Shown here: positions 47,885 through 56,156 of the stretch, one piece after another
How the letters are laid out: every line of letters begins with the position of its first letter
Position numbering within the stretch: position 1 is the stretch's first letter
Origin: Candidatus Moraniibacteriota bacterium
GTDB taxonomy: Bacteria; Patescibacteriota; Minisyncoccia; Moranbacterales; UBA1568
Assembly (NCBI GenBank): GCA_052035095.1
Contig: JBPOHW010000001.1
Span: forward strand, 44,857-108,856
Direction: 5' to 3'
Length of the DNA: 64,000 nt
Notes under the pieces: model-generated
Told to the model about the DNA's origin: nothing
Databases searched by the model: none
Seen by the model: only the letters and a program-made list of their open reading frames with translations
Position numbers and translations under genes: made by a program

Positions 47885-48114
47885 GCTTGAGTTTTTTGCT
47901 ATCCATGATGGATTGCTTGCTAGTAAAGAGAAAGTTTCGACCCATTTTGTACAGAAATGCCTCTACAAAGCCACAAATGTTAATGGTCATTGACAGAAAT
48001 ATGATGATATGCTATATTTCTCAGTCATGGCGCGTCTATACCTAGACTCAAATCCATGACCCTCCCCGCAGGGTTTTGCGGCAATAGCACATTCCAAATT
48101 TGGGAGATAGAAAC

Positions 48115-48792
48115 ATGAGTATCTACGTCTACGAACCCTCTTGCGGTGAAAACATTGGTGAAACCGCGAAGAGGATGGCCATCTATGCCGTTACTGGTAG
48201 GGAGACGGTGACGGCGATGTTCAACGACATTCAACTCACTGCAAATCCCGGCGACAATGCTGACACAATCGTGCAGTATTATAACGCCGAGTGCGAACGC
48301 CGTCACGAGGAGTATGTCAACTCTTCGGAGTACAAGGAGAAACAACAGCAAGCCGAAGAAGCACGGCATCTTCACGAACTCATGCTTGAAGGCGCTTTAG
48401 CAGCGGCTCCCGAAAAAATGACGCTTCGAGACGAAGAGGGCTGGAAGAAAACAGTTGAGACGAACACCGACGGCTACGGTAGCGGAGTCATCCGTTTTGC
48501 TGAACGTTGGGCGCGTCTCATGGAGAGTCGTATCTCTAATGGCGACACCGTTGAAGGATGTGCCAAGGAAGCGTCCCATCTTGCCGATAATGAAGGCATC
48601 ACCGGCTTTATGTACGGGTGCGCCGTCTCTATCCTTTCGCAGGTGTGGGAATATGGTGAACAGCTTCGCCGTTGGCACAACCTCTCGACTCAACTCGGAA
48701 ACGAGGGCGAGAAAGCCAATGAAAATGGCAGTACGCTTAACCCAGCTCTCTTGTGCATTGGTCAATCTGATAACAACGACAGTGCGCAATAA
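48115..48792 (+). CDS. hypothetical protein (element cargo)
   Basis: ATG at 48115 with GGGAGA 7 nt upstream. 225 aa. Followed by a terminator hairpin. Confidence 0.5.
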   Translation: MSIYVYEPSCGENIGETAKRMAIYAVTGRETVTAMFNDIQLTANPGDNADTIVQYYNAECERRHEEYVNSSEYKEKQQQAEEARHLHELMLEGALAAAPEKMTLRDEEGWKKTVETNTDGYGSGVIRFAERWARLMESRISNGDTVEGCAKEASHLADNEGITGFMYGCAVSILSQVWEYGEQLRRWHNLSTQLGNEGEKANENGSTLNPALLCIGQSDNNDSAQ

Positions 48793-48823
48793 GTAACGCG
48801 GACTTCGTGAATCAGTGAATCAC

Positions 48824-48865
48824 GAGACTCCTTGCAGATAACAATTCTGCTTGGAGTCTTTTTCT
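48824..48865 (+). terminator. terminator hairpin
   Basis: gagactccttgcagataacaattctgcttggagtctttttct. Confidence 0.5.
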
Positions 48866-49147
48866 ATATCAATGTCCAGAATTTGACAAATGTCAATTTC
48901 TGATATAGCGTGTCCTTGGAAACTTAAAAACCGAATCCATTCCCTCGTCGCTATACTGTGCCAGCGACCTTCTATAAATTACACTACACACATTACACGT
49001 CTTTACCTATACACATTTTTTTTCAATAACATTCACAAAAACATTCAAAACATTACCAAGGGCACTTCAATCATTACATTTGGGAAAACCTTGTCCAGAT
49101 TGAAGCCTACGCAGTGTTTTTGAGTATTTTTGATACTAATCACCAGA

Positions 49148-49180
49148 AAACCGACTTCAATCTGAAGGTCGGTTTTTTTG
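49148..49180 (+). terminator. rho-independent terminator
   Basis: aaaaccgacttcaatctgaaggtcggttttttt. Confidence 0.6.
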
Positions 49181-49208
49181 TTTCCCGAAATTATTGAGTT
49201 TCGGGAAC

Positions 49209-49502
49209 ATGACACAGGTATTTAGCCAAACACTTCGAAACCAAATCAAAGCGTACTTTGAAAAACGCCACTCTTTAACAATTTCCGACAACAAAGCCGA
49301 CGAATATTTGCATTCATTGGATGGTTTGTGTTCGGCACTCGGTACCCGTTCTCCTGTGGCTTCCGGTGAAACAAGGTTTCCGAAGGAAACCTACAGGGGC
49401 ACCCGCATTTCCCGAGTGCGGGTCAAGGTGGAGGCGCCGAAGGCGCACGACCTTGACGCGCCAGCGAGGGAAATGCAAGCACCCGGTGTTCCTCTCTCTT
49501 AA
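49209..49502 (+). CDS. small hypothetical protein upstream of rep (possible regulator or RDF)
   Basis: MTQVFSQTLRNQIKAYFEKRHSLTISDNKADEYLHSLDGL... The C-terminal half is Arg-rich and doubtful. Confidence 0.3.
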   Translation: MTQVFSQTLRNQIKAYFEKRHSLTISDNKADEYLHSLDGLCSALGTRSPVASGETRFPKETYRGTRISRVRVKVEAPKAHDLDAPAREMQAPGVPLS

Positions 49503-49535
49503 CTTGATTCTAAACACACATCTACAGAATTTCGT

Positions 49536-50270
49536 ATGGTATTTTATTCTCGAAAACTCATTATCTCCGGCGAATATTTCGAGGTGTACGCGTACGAAAT
49601 AACCCAGAGGCGCGATTTCACGCGAAAAAAGAAACCGCTTCTGAAAAAAATGGACGACGATATCGAAGTGGGAGAAAAAGGAAAATTGGAAGTAGCCAAG
49701 CGCAAAGACTCCATTCATCGGACACGCACCGAAATACGGCGTCTCGTAAACAGCAATATGGACTTTTCAAAATTCTACACGCTGACCTTCAAAGAAAATA
49801 TCAAAGAAGTAAACATCGCCAACAAGCATTTCAACAAATTCATCATGCGCATGGAGTACCGCTATGGAAAATTCATCTACCTTGCCGTCATCGAGTTTCA
49901 AAAGCGAGGCGCGGTGCATTATCATTTTCTCTGCAATCTTCCGTATATCGTATCCAAGGAGATTGAGAAAATATGGGGGCACGGATTTATCAAAATACGA
50001 AGAATCAAACACGTTACGAATTTGGGCGCATACTTCTGCAAGTACCTGCACAAAGACATGACTGACAAGCGGTTGTTTCGTAAAAAGAAATACTTCTGTT
50101 CAGAGAATATCGAGAGACCGACGGAAGTGTATGACAAAGAAGTCATTGAAAAACTTCTCATGCAGTATGACCTGCACGACAGGAAACCTGACTACGAAAC
50201 AAGTTTTGTGAACGAGTACACGGGAAAAGTCGAGTATAAACAATTCAAAGTAAAAGGTATCGTTGCTTGA
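49536..50270 (+). CDS. rep: rolling-circle replication initiator, HUH endonuclease superfamily
   Basis: Motif 1 FYTLTF, motif 2 HYHFL (HUH), motif 3 YFCKYLHKD with catalytic Tyr. 244 aa. Confidence 0.65.
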   Translation: MVFYSRKLIISGEYFEVYAYEITQRRDFTRKKKPLLKKMDDDIEVGEKGKLEVAKRKDSIHRTRTEIRRLVNSNMDFSKFYTLTFKENIKEVNIANKHFNKFIMRMEYRYGKFIYLAVIEFQKRGAVHYHFLCNLPYIVSKEIEKIWGHGFIKIRRIKHVTNLGAYFCKYLHKDMTDKRLFRKKKYFCSENIERPTEVYDKEVIEKLLMQYDLHDRKPDYETSFVNEYTGKVEYKQFKVKGIVA

Positions 50271-50322
50271 TATTTTCTTTTTCTTTCGTTACGGTATGAA
50301 TACCGTGAACGCTATAAACACT

Positions 50323-51792
50323 ATGAAATACATCCTCTACGCCCGAAAGTCCACAGAACAGGAAGAACGCCAAGCGATGTCCATCGAGTCGCAGGAAAAC
50401 GAAATGGTGCGTCTCGCGGAAAAGTCGGGGATTCGCATTGAGAAAACCTACAAAGAAAGCATGTCGGCGAAACAAACAGGACGACCCATTTTCAATGAAA
50501 TGCTGGACTCTCTCGGAAAGAACAAAGACTGCGTTGTATTCGCATGGAAACCCGACCGTCTTTCACGAAACATCATTGACGGCGGAAAACTGGTCGAACT
50601 TCTTGAAAGAGGAAATATCAAAGAAATTCGGACGATTGATAAAGTCATCACCGACAACCCGACGGACAAGTTTATGCTTCTCCTTGACTTCGGCGTGGGC
50701 AAGAAATATTCCGACGACCTTTCCGTGAATGTGAAACGAGGCAATCGCGCCAAACTTGAAAAAGGAGGATGGCCGGGGATTGCCCCTCTCGGGTATCTCA
50801 ATGACAAACTCAACAAAACCATCGTCGTTGACGAAGAACGCGCGCTGTATATTAAAAAAGCATTCGAACTCTACGCTATGGGAGGAAAAAGCGTCATGGA
50901 GGTGGCGAATGTTCTCTATGAGAGAGGCTTCCGTTCGCGGACGGGTCAGAAAATACACAAAAGCAAAATTCACACGATACTCTCCGACCCGTTTTACTCC
51001 GGCATGATGAAACGGAACGACGTAGTGTACCAAGGAAAACATGAACCGATAGTCTCTCACGAACTTTTCGAGAAAGTCCAAGACGTACTCTTTCGGAGAA
51101 TACACACCAAAATGCAAACGCTGTTCTTTCCGCTTCGGGGATATATCAAGTGCGGAAGCTGTGGTTGCGCGTTTACCGCAAGCCGCAAAAAAGGACACGA
51201 TTATTACTACTGCACCAACGGCAAGGGACAGTGCGAGGAACACAAGCGGTATATGCGTTCCGAGAAGATGGAAACACTTATTTCAACCGTCTTTGATGAA
51301 ATATCTTTTGACGAAGAACTCATCGAACTTGCCTACCTCGCACAAAAGGAAAGAGGAAAACACGACGAGACCTACAAAGAAGCCTCGCGCGAGACCATCG
51401 TCAAGAAGCTAGAATTTGTCTCACGGAAGGAGTCGAGGCTTCTCGAGAGTTATCTGTCCGAACTCATTCCGCAAGACGTGTACGAGGCAAAAACGAAGGA
51501 ATTGCACAACGAAAAAGAAACCTTGAACGCGCAACTTCAAAAAAGCGACCAAATGTTTGGGAACGGACTCTGTACTTTGGAACATTTGAAAAACGTGTTT
51601 TTGACCGCTAATAGAACCAAAAGTGAATTTCTCAATGCGCCGAATGAGAAAAAAGCGAAGGTGCTGGAAACAGTACTTTGGAACCTTGAAATACGAAACG
51701 GAGAAATGGCTTCGGTACGCTACAAAATGCCGTATGAGATACTCAAAAAGTCGCCCAAAAACGGCGACTTTTCTACAATGCTGGGGTGCTAG
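50323..51792 (+). CDS. large serine recombinase (integrase)
   Basis: N-terminal resolvase domain YARKSTEQEERQAMSIESQ (catalytic Ser), a recombinase domain, and a zinc ribbon CGSCGC...YYYCTNG. The last four codons (MLGC-stop) overlap the 3' end of tRNA-Gln. Alternative start at 50296. Confidence 0.8.
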   Translation: MKYILYARKSTEQEERQAMSIESQENEMVRLAEKSGIRIEKTYKESMSAKQTGRPIFNEMLDSLGKNKDCVVFAWKPDRLSRNIIDGGKLVELLERGNIKEIRTIDKVITDNPTDKFMLLLDFGVGKKYSDDLSVNVKRGNRAKLEKGGWPGIAPLGYLNDKLNKTIVVDEERALYIKKAFELYAMGGKSVMEVANVLYERGFRSRTGQKIHKSKIHTILSDPFYSGMMKRNDVVYQGKHEPIVSHELFEKVQDVLFRRIHTKMQTLFFPLRGYIKCGSCGCAFTASRKKGHDYYYCTNGKGQCEEHKRYMRSEKMETLISTVFDEISFDEELIELAYLAQKERGKHDETYKEASRETIVKKLEFVSRKESRLLESYLSELIPQDVYEAKTKELHNEKETLNAQLQKSDQMFGNGLCTLEHLKNVFLTANRTKSEFLNAPNEKKAKVLETVLWNLEIRNGEMASVRYKMPYEILKKSPKNGDFSTMLGC

Positions 51793-51851
51793 GATTCGAA
51801 CCTAGGATCATGGGACCAGAACCCATTGCCTTACCGCTTGGCTACACCCCA
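51781..51851 (-). tRNA. tRNA-Gln (anticodon CUG)
   Basis: Reverse complement UGGGGUGUAGCCAAGCGGUAAGGCAAUGGGUUCUGGUCCCAUGAUCCUAGGUUCGAAUCCUAGCACCCCAG folds as a cloverleaf. Anticodon loop is UUCUGGU and the T-loop is GGUUCGAAUCC. Closely resembles bacterial tRNA-Gln. Confidence 0.8.
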
Positions 51852-52111
51852 ATAATCTCTAACTCTTCCAAGATATCACGTAATTGTTGCTTTAAGAATC
51901 GCTTCCCTTCAGTTGTCTTCAAATAACGTTCCCGCCTTTCGGCATCACTTTTCTTGAGATACGCTTCGTAATGAATAAGCTTCACTGGCAATCTCGTGCT
52001 CGTAAAATCAGCATTTCCCTCATGATGCTCTGCAATTCTTCTTTTCAAATCGCTTGTATAGCCAGTATAAAGTTGTTTGTTGTTGAGAAGAAGAATGTAT
52101 ACGTAGAACAT
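51842..52111 (-). CDS. GIY-YIG nuclease superfamily protein (small, about 90 aa)
   Basis: MFYVYILLLNNKQLYTGYTSDLKRRIAEHHEG is the GIY-YIG motif. The stop overlaps the tRNA 5' end by about 10 nt. Confidence 0.6.
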   Translation of the reverse strand: MFYVYILLLNNKQLYTGYTSDLKRRIAEHHEGNADFTSTRLPVKLIHYEAYLKKSDAERRERYLKTTEGKRFLKQQLRDILEELEIIGV

Positions 52112-52178
52112 ACAGAAAAATACAGCAAAGGAAGGATTCGCCATGTCATTCGACATGGCGCCCCGTCGGATGACGGGG

Positions 52179-52233
52179 CGAACCTAGGATCATGGGACCA
52201 GAACCCATTGCCTTACCGCTTGGCTACACCCCA
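52179..52233 (-). repeat. 55-nt duplicate of the 5' part (nt 1-55) of tRNA-Gln
   Basis: cgaacctaggatcatgggaccagaacccattgccttaccgcttggctacacccca is identical to 51797-51851. Confidence 0.75.
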
Positions 52234-52295
52234 AGAATATTTTAATTGCCTTACCCGCCTCGACTCGTTGAAGCTCATCTTCGGCGAGGCGGGCC

Positions 52296-52312
52296 ACTTG
52301 GCTACACCCCAA
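52296..52312 (-). repeat. third short copy of the tRNA-Gln 5' end plus flank
   Basis: cttggctacaccccaagaat, compared with 52218-52238. Confidence 0.5.
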
Positions 52313-52394
52313 GAATTTTTCAAAAGAAAAGGGAGGACGCGATGCCCTTCCCGGATAATAGCCAAAAATTGAGGAAAAATCAAGGTGATTCGCG

Positions 52395-53324
52395 CTATAT
52401 CTTCATATAGCGACGGACGGCGAGGAAGCCGCTCAAGGAGCCGATGAAAATACCAAGGGTAAACAGAATAAGGAAAATCCAAAAAAGATTGGCAGTGAAT
52501 GATCCCATAAGGCCGGTTCCCTCGATCATACTTCGCGTAAAGGGATTGAAACGCTGGAAGGAAATGTAGGCGTAGAGAAACACTACCGATACGAGAGAGG
52601 CGATACTTCCGTAGAGAATGCCTTCGACGACGGAGGGGGTGCGCACGTAGAGATTTGACGCGCCGACCAAGCGCATAATCTCAAAGTCTTCGCGTCTGGA
52701 AAACATCGTGAGGCGAATGGTATTGAACGTGACGAGAAACGCGATAAGGAGGAAGATAACACCGAGAATCGCTCCCTGCCGGATCACTTCGCGATTTATG
52801 GCGGTGAGCTGATTTATGATAGACTCATTCTCTCGATAGTTGAGACGGAAAATATCGTTTCTAAATGAGGACTGTTCGATGGCGTCGTTGATGACACGAT
52901 ATTCTTCCGGCGTCCGTGCCTTGATCGAGAGCGAGGCGTAGAGCGGATTCTCACCGATTTCTTCGAGCGCCTGTTCGATCACGTCTTTATTTCCCGCCGC
53001 TTCGCTCTGCGCGCGGAACTTTTCGAGTGCCGTTTCGCGAGAGGTATAGGAAATATCTCGAATTTCGCGATATTTCTTCAACTCGGACTGAATGGCGAGG
53101 ATACGTTCTTCGCTCACGTCCGCATCAAACGACACAGTGATATCCATTTTTTCCTCGAGATTTTTCAGAATGGACCGCGTCGCCAACGCTTCGACACCCG
53201 CGAGCCCGATTACAAAAAGCGCGAGCGCGATTGTCAGAATGGCGGACACCGAGAGCCAGCCGCTCCGCACAAAACTTCGCCCTCCCTCTCGAATCGCCCT
53301 GATAAGTTTTATTCCTTTTGGCAT
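52395..53324 (-). CDS. ftsX: cell division ABC permease-like protein FtsX
   Basis: N-terminal TM, large periplasmic loop, three C-terminal TM segments. Confidence 0.85.
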   Translation of the reverse strand: MPKGIKLIRAIREGGRSFVRSGWLSVSAILTIALALFVIGLAGVEALATRSILKNLEEKMDITVSFDADVSEERILAIQSELKKYREIRDISYTSRETALEKFRAQSEAAGNKDVIEQALEEIGENPLYASLSIKARTPEEYRVINDAIEQSSFRNDIFRLNYRENESIINQLTAINREVIRQGAILGVIFLLIAFLVTFNTIRLTMFSRREDFEIMRLVGASNLYVRTPSVVEGILYGSIASLVSVVFLYAYISFQRFNPFTRSMIEGTGLMGSFTANLFWIFLILFTLGIFIGSLSGFLAVRRYMKI

Positions 53325-53335
53325 AAAAGTAAACC

Positions 53336-53469
53336 AAGCACCAAATTCAAAATTCCAAGCTCCAAATAAATATCAACTCTCAATACTCAAAAACGTACAA
53401 AAAATGTTTCTGCTTGATATTTGTATTTTGATGCTTATTTGGAACTTGTGATTTGATTCTTGAAATTTT
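53336..53469. repeat. family-1 palindromic element, copy 4 (between ftsE and ftsX)
   Basis: aagcaccaaattcaaaattccaagctccaaataaatatcaa ... gcttatttggaacttgtgatttgattcttgaaatttt. Confidence 0.7.
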
Positions 53470-53474
53470 ATTCT

Positions 53475-54155
53475 TCACACTATATATTTTCCCTCCTTTT
53501 CGTCGCGCGCGATAGTACCGCCGGCAAGGGTGACGACGCGCTTCTCGAGACTGTCCACGATGGGTTTGTTGTGGGTCGCGAGGAGCACGGTCGTTCCCAT
53601 GCTGTTGATTTCAAGGAGGAGGCGGATAATGTCTTGGGCGGAAGCGGGATCGAGATTTCCGGTCGGCTCGTCGGCAATGAGGACGGAAGGGCGATGGATG
53701 AGCGCGCGCGCCAGAGAGACTCGTTGTTGCTCGCCGCCGGAGAGTTGCTTAGGATAGTTATTCGCCTTGTCGAGGAGGCGCACGATTTCCAAAATTTGCG
53801 GCACTTCCTCGGCGATTTCCGCCGTCGTTTTCCCGTCGATTTCGAGCGCGTAGGCGATATTTTCAAACACGGTCCGTTGCGAGAGGAGTTTGAAATCTTG
53901 AAACACGGTACCGAAATTGCGCCGATAGTACGGAAGAAGTCGCCGCTTGATGGTTCCGATCGATCGGTCACCAAAAAATATCTCGCCCGCCGTCGGCTCT
54001 TCTTCGGCATAGATGAGCTTGAGGAGCGTCGACTTCCCCGCCCCGCTCTGCCCCACAAACGACACAAACTCCCCCGGCTCGATCATCAGATTGAGATCTT
54101 TCAACACCAGCACATCACCCGGATAAATTTTGGTCACATTTTCAAAACGAATCAT
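53475..54155 (-). CDS. ftsE: cell division ATP-binding protein FtsE
   Basis: Walker A GQSGAGKST, signature LSGGEQQR, Walker B LIADEPTGNLD. Confidence 0.9.
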   Translation of the reverse strand: MIRFENVTKIYPGDVLVLKDLNLMIEPGEFVSFVGQSGAGKSTLLKLIYAEEEPTAGEIFFGDRSIGTIKRRLLPYYRRNFGTVFQDFKLLSQRTVFENIAYALEIDGKTTAEIAEEVPQILEIVRLLDKANNYPKQLSGGEQQRVSLARALIHRPSVLIADEPTGNLDPASAQDIIRLLLEINSMGTTVLLATHNKPIVDSLEKRVVTLAGGTIARDEKEGKYIV

Positions 54156-54165
54156 AAAGGAGAAG

Positions 54166-54289
54166 AAAATTTCAAATTCAAAATTACAAGTTCCAAATAA
54201 GCACCAAATAACAAACAGGGATTCTTTAAGACGTTTTTAACATTGAGATTTTGAAATTTATTTGGAACTTGTCATTTTGAATTTGGTGC
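54166..54289. repeat. family-1 palindromic element, copy 5 (between prfB and ftsE)
   Basis: aaaatttcaaattcaaaattacaagttccaaataagcacc ... gaaatttatttggaacttgtcattttgaatttggtgc. Confidence 0.7.
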
Positions 54290-54302
54290 TTACACTTCCA
54301 CA

Positions 54303-55380
54303 TTACATTCTCAAAAAGGCTTCCATGAATTCATCGAGTTTACCATCCAGCACTTCATAGACCTGTGGGGTTTCATATTTTGTCCGGTGATCTTTGACAA
54401 GCGTATAGGGGTGGAGGACATAGGAGCGAATCTGGCTTCCGAAATCCGCGCTTTTTTGTTCACCGCGGAGCGCACGTTTCTCGTCTTCTTCCGACTGGAG
54501 TCGCTGTTGCTCGAGCTTGGCGCGGAGCATCGTCATCGCGGTTTCCTTGTTCTGGAGCTGGGAACGTTCAGTTTGACACGAAACGACAATGCCGGTCGGA
54601 ATATGCTTGATACGGACGGCAGTCTCGGTCTTGTTGACATTTTGTCCACCCGCGCCCGAGGATCGATAGGTTCCCACTTCCAAATCTTCTGATCGCACTT
54701 CAACACCCTCTTTGGCGGACAGCACCGGCAGAACCTCCACCGACGCAAACGAGGTCTGTCGCAAATGATCCGCATTGAAGGGCGAGAGCCGGACTAGGCG
54801 GTGCGTCCCCATTTCACTGCGGAGATATCCGTAGGCATAGTCACCATCAATCTCGATCGCGACACTCTTGATACCCGCCTCATTCCCTCTCGATTCTTCA
54901 AGAACCTGCGCCCGAAACCCGCGCCGCTCGGCCCACCGAAGATACATCCGGAGAATCATCTCCGCCCAGTCCTGCGCGTCCACTCCCCCAGCGCCACTCT
55001 TTATTGCGAGGATCGCGCTGTGGCGGTCGTAGGTCCCGCCAAGGCGAGTCTTGAACTCAAGCGCCGCAATCTCCCCTTGAACGCGCGCGTACTGCCTCTC
55101 GACATCGCTCGCTTCCTGCCCCTCGAGTCCCATCTCGGAGAGCTCTCGAATATCATCCAGTTCTTTCGCGAGCCGCTCAAACAAATTCCTCTCCGAGCGA
55201 AGCGCCTCAAGCTCCTTCATCACCTGCCCGGCTTCTTGGGTATCGTTCCAAAAATTCTCCGCCCGCGAAAGCGCCTCGAGCTCGGCAACTTTCTGCCCCT
55301 TCCCGGCAACGTCAAAGAGAGTCCCGCAAATGCAGGAGTTTACTGGCAAGCGTCTCAACCGAATTTCGAATGTCATTCAT
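54303..55380 (-). CDS. prfB: peptide chain release factor 2 with programmed +1 frameshift, join(55380..55315, 55313..54303)
   Basis: SPF and GGQ ([16 protein letters not shown]) motifs. Frame 0 reads [22 protein letters not shown] then CTT TGA C, the canonical RF2 autoregulatory shift site. The +1 frame continues [15 protein letters not shown]... Confidence 0.85.
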
Positions 55381-55484
55381 AGCGCAATGATATCATAGAA
55401 TTTCTTTTCTTGAAAATATCGCCCGCGCGTCTTGATTTTTCTGCTCACCTCGCCTACACTACGCTCTGTAACAAGAGAAGAAAA

Positions 55485-55557
55485 GCCACCTTAGCTCAGT
55501 TGGTAGAGCGGCACACTCGTAACGTGCAGGTCTGCGGTTCGATCCCGCAAGGTGGCT
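55485..55557 (+). tRNA. tRNA-Thr (anticodon CGU)
   Basis: GCCACCUUAGCUCAGUUGGUAGAGCGGCACACUCGUAACGUGCAGGUCUGCGGUUCGAUCCCGCAAGGUGGCU is a cloverleaf with anticodon loop CUCGUAA. Confidence 0.85.
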
Positions 55558-56078
55558 CATCGATTTAGAATCAAATCACTGTATGAGGCGGCTACAAGGT
55601 CGTCTTTTTGTATATCGAAGAGTTTCATATATCGGTCGCACTGTTCCGAAAGCTGTTCTTTACTGATCGAGCCATCACTATCGATCGCCTCTATTTCGGC
55701 AAACGTACCCAATCCCTCCACGCGATCGAGATGAAATTTCACGTTGCCGATAAAATAAATTTCGCGATGCTTGTCCACCACGGCAAGGACGCCAAGCGAT
55801 CTTGAAAGTATTTCTTTGAGAGCCGAACCAGGTCTTGAATCATAGAGCAATATCGAAGACTCTTTCAACCCTTTCGTTTCTTTTCGATCATAAAAAATCA
55901 AGTGATTTTCAATAGTTCCCTCCCGAAGCTTGAGTCGACCATTTGAGACGTTAAAATAGGTATCAATCTGATGATCGGTTCCTCTGAAATCGGCACCTTC
56001 TTTTTTCAAAATATCCCGGATCGCGTCCTGATTGAGACACCGCGCCTTGATTTCAATGTTGGTGATGTTTTGGTTCAT
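55557..56078 (-). CDS. CYTH-domain protein (class IV adenylyl cyclase / triphosphatase-like)
   Basis: N-terminal EIKARCLNQ (the ExExK motif) and ...FHLDRVEGLGTFAEIEA... Confidence 0.65.
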   Translation of the reverse strand: MNQNITNIEIKARCLNQDAIRDILKKEGADFRGTDHQIDTYFNVSNGRLKLREGTIENHLIFYDRKETKGLKESSILLYDSRPGSALKEILSRSLGVLAVVDKHREIYFIGNVKFHLDRVEGLGTFAEIEAIDSDGSISKEQLSEQCDRYMKLFDIQKDDLVAASYSDLILNR

Positions 56079-56094
56079 AGTGTTTCCCTATTCT

Positions 56095-56156
56095 CCCTCA
56101 TCAGAGTCTTTTCCTCTCATCAGAGTCTCTCGAAGAGGACTCTGATGAGGGAAAGG
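56095..56156. repeat. family-2 hairpin element, copy 1 (12-bp stem ctcatcagagtc / gactctgatgag)
   Basis: ccctcatcagagtcttttcctctcatcagagtctctcgaagaggactctgatgagggaaagg. Other copies at 57654 and 60789. Confidence 0.65.

Larger units (their letters stand above)
43560..51851. mobile_element. candidate integrated element (rep plus serine integrase, cargo, low-GC genes) abutting tRNA-Gln; left boundary uncertain
   Basis: Rep and integrase lie next to the tRNA. The integrase and tRNA overlap. There is a compositional shift, and repeats A/B/C are present. No attL/attR pair was identified. Confidence 0.35.

Noticed and set aside
53460-54200. 246-aa plus-strand ORF and 195-aa minus-strand alternative frame
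   Set aside because: They overlap ftsE, which has clear Walker and signature motifs in another frame.
54801-55382. 193-aa plus-strand ORF
   Set aside because: Antisense to prfB.
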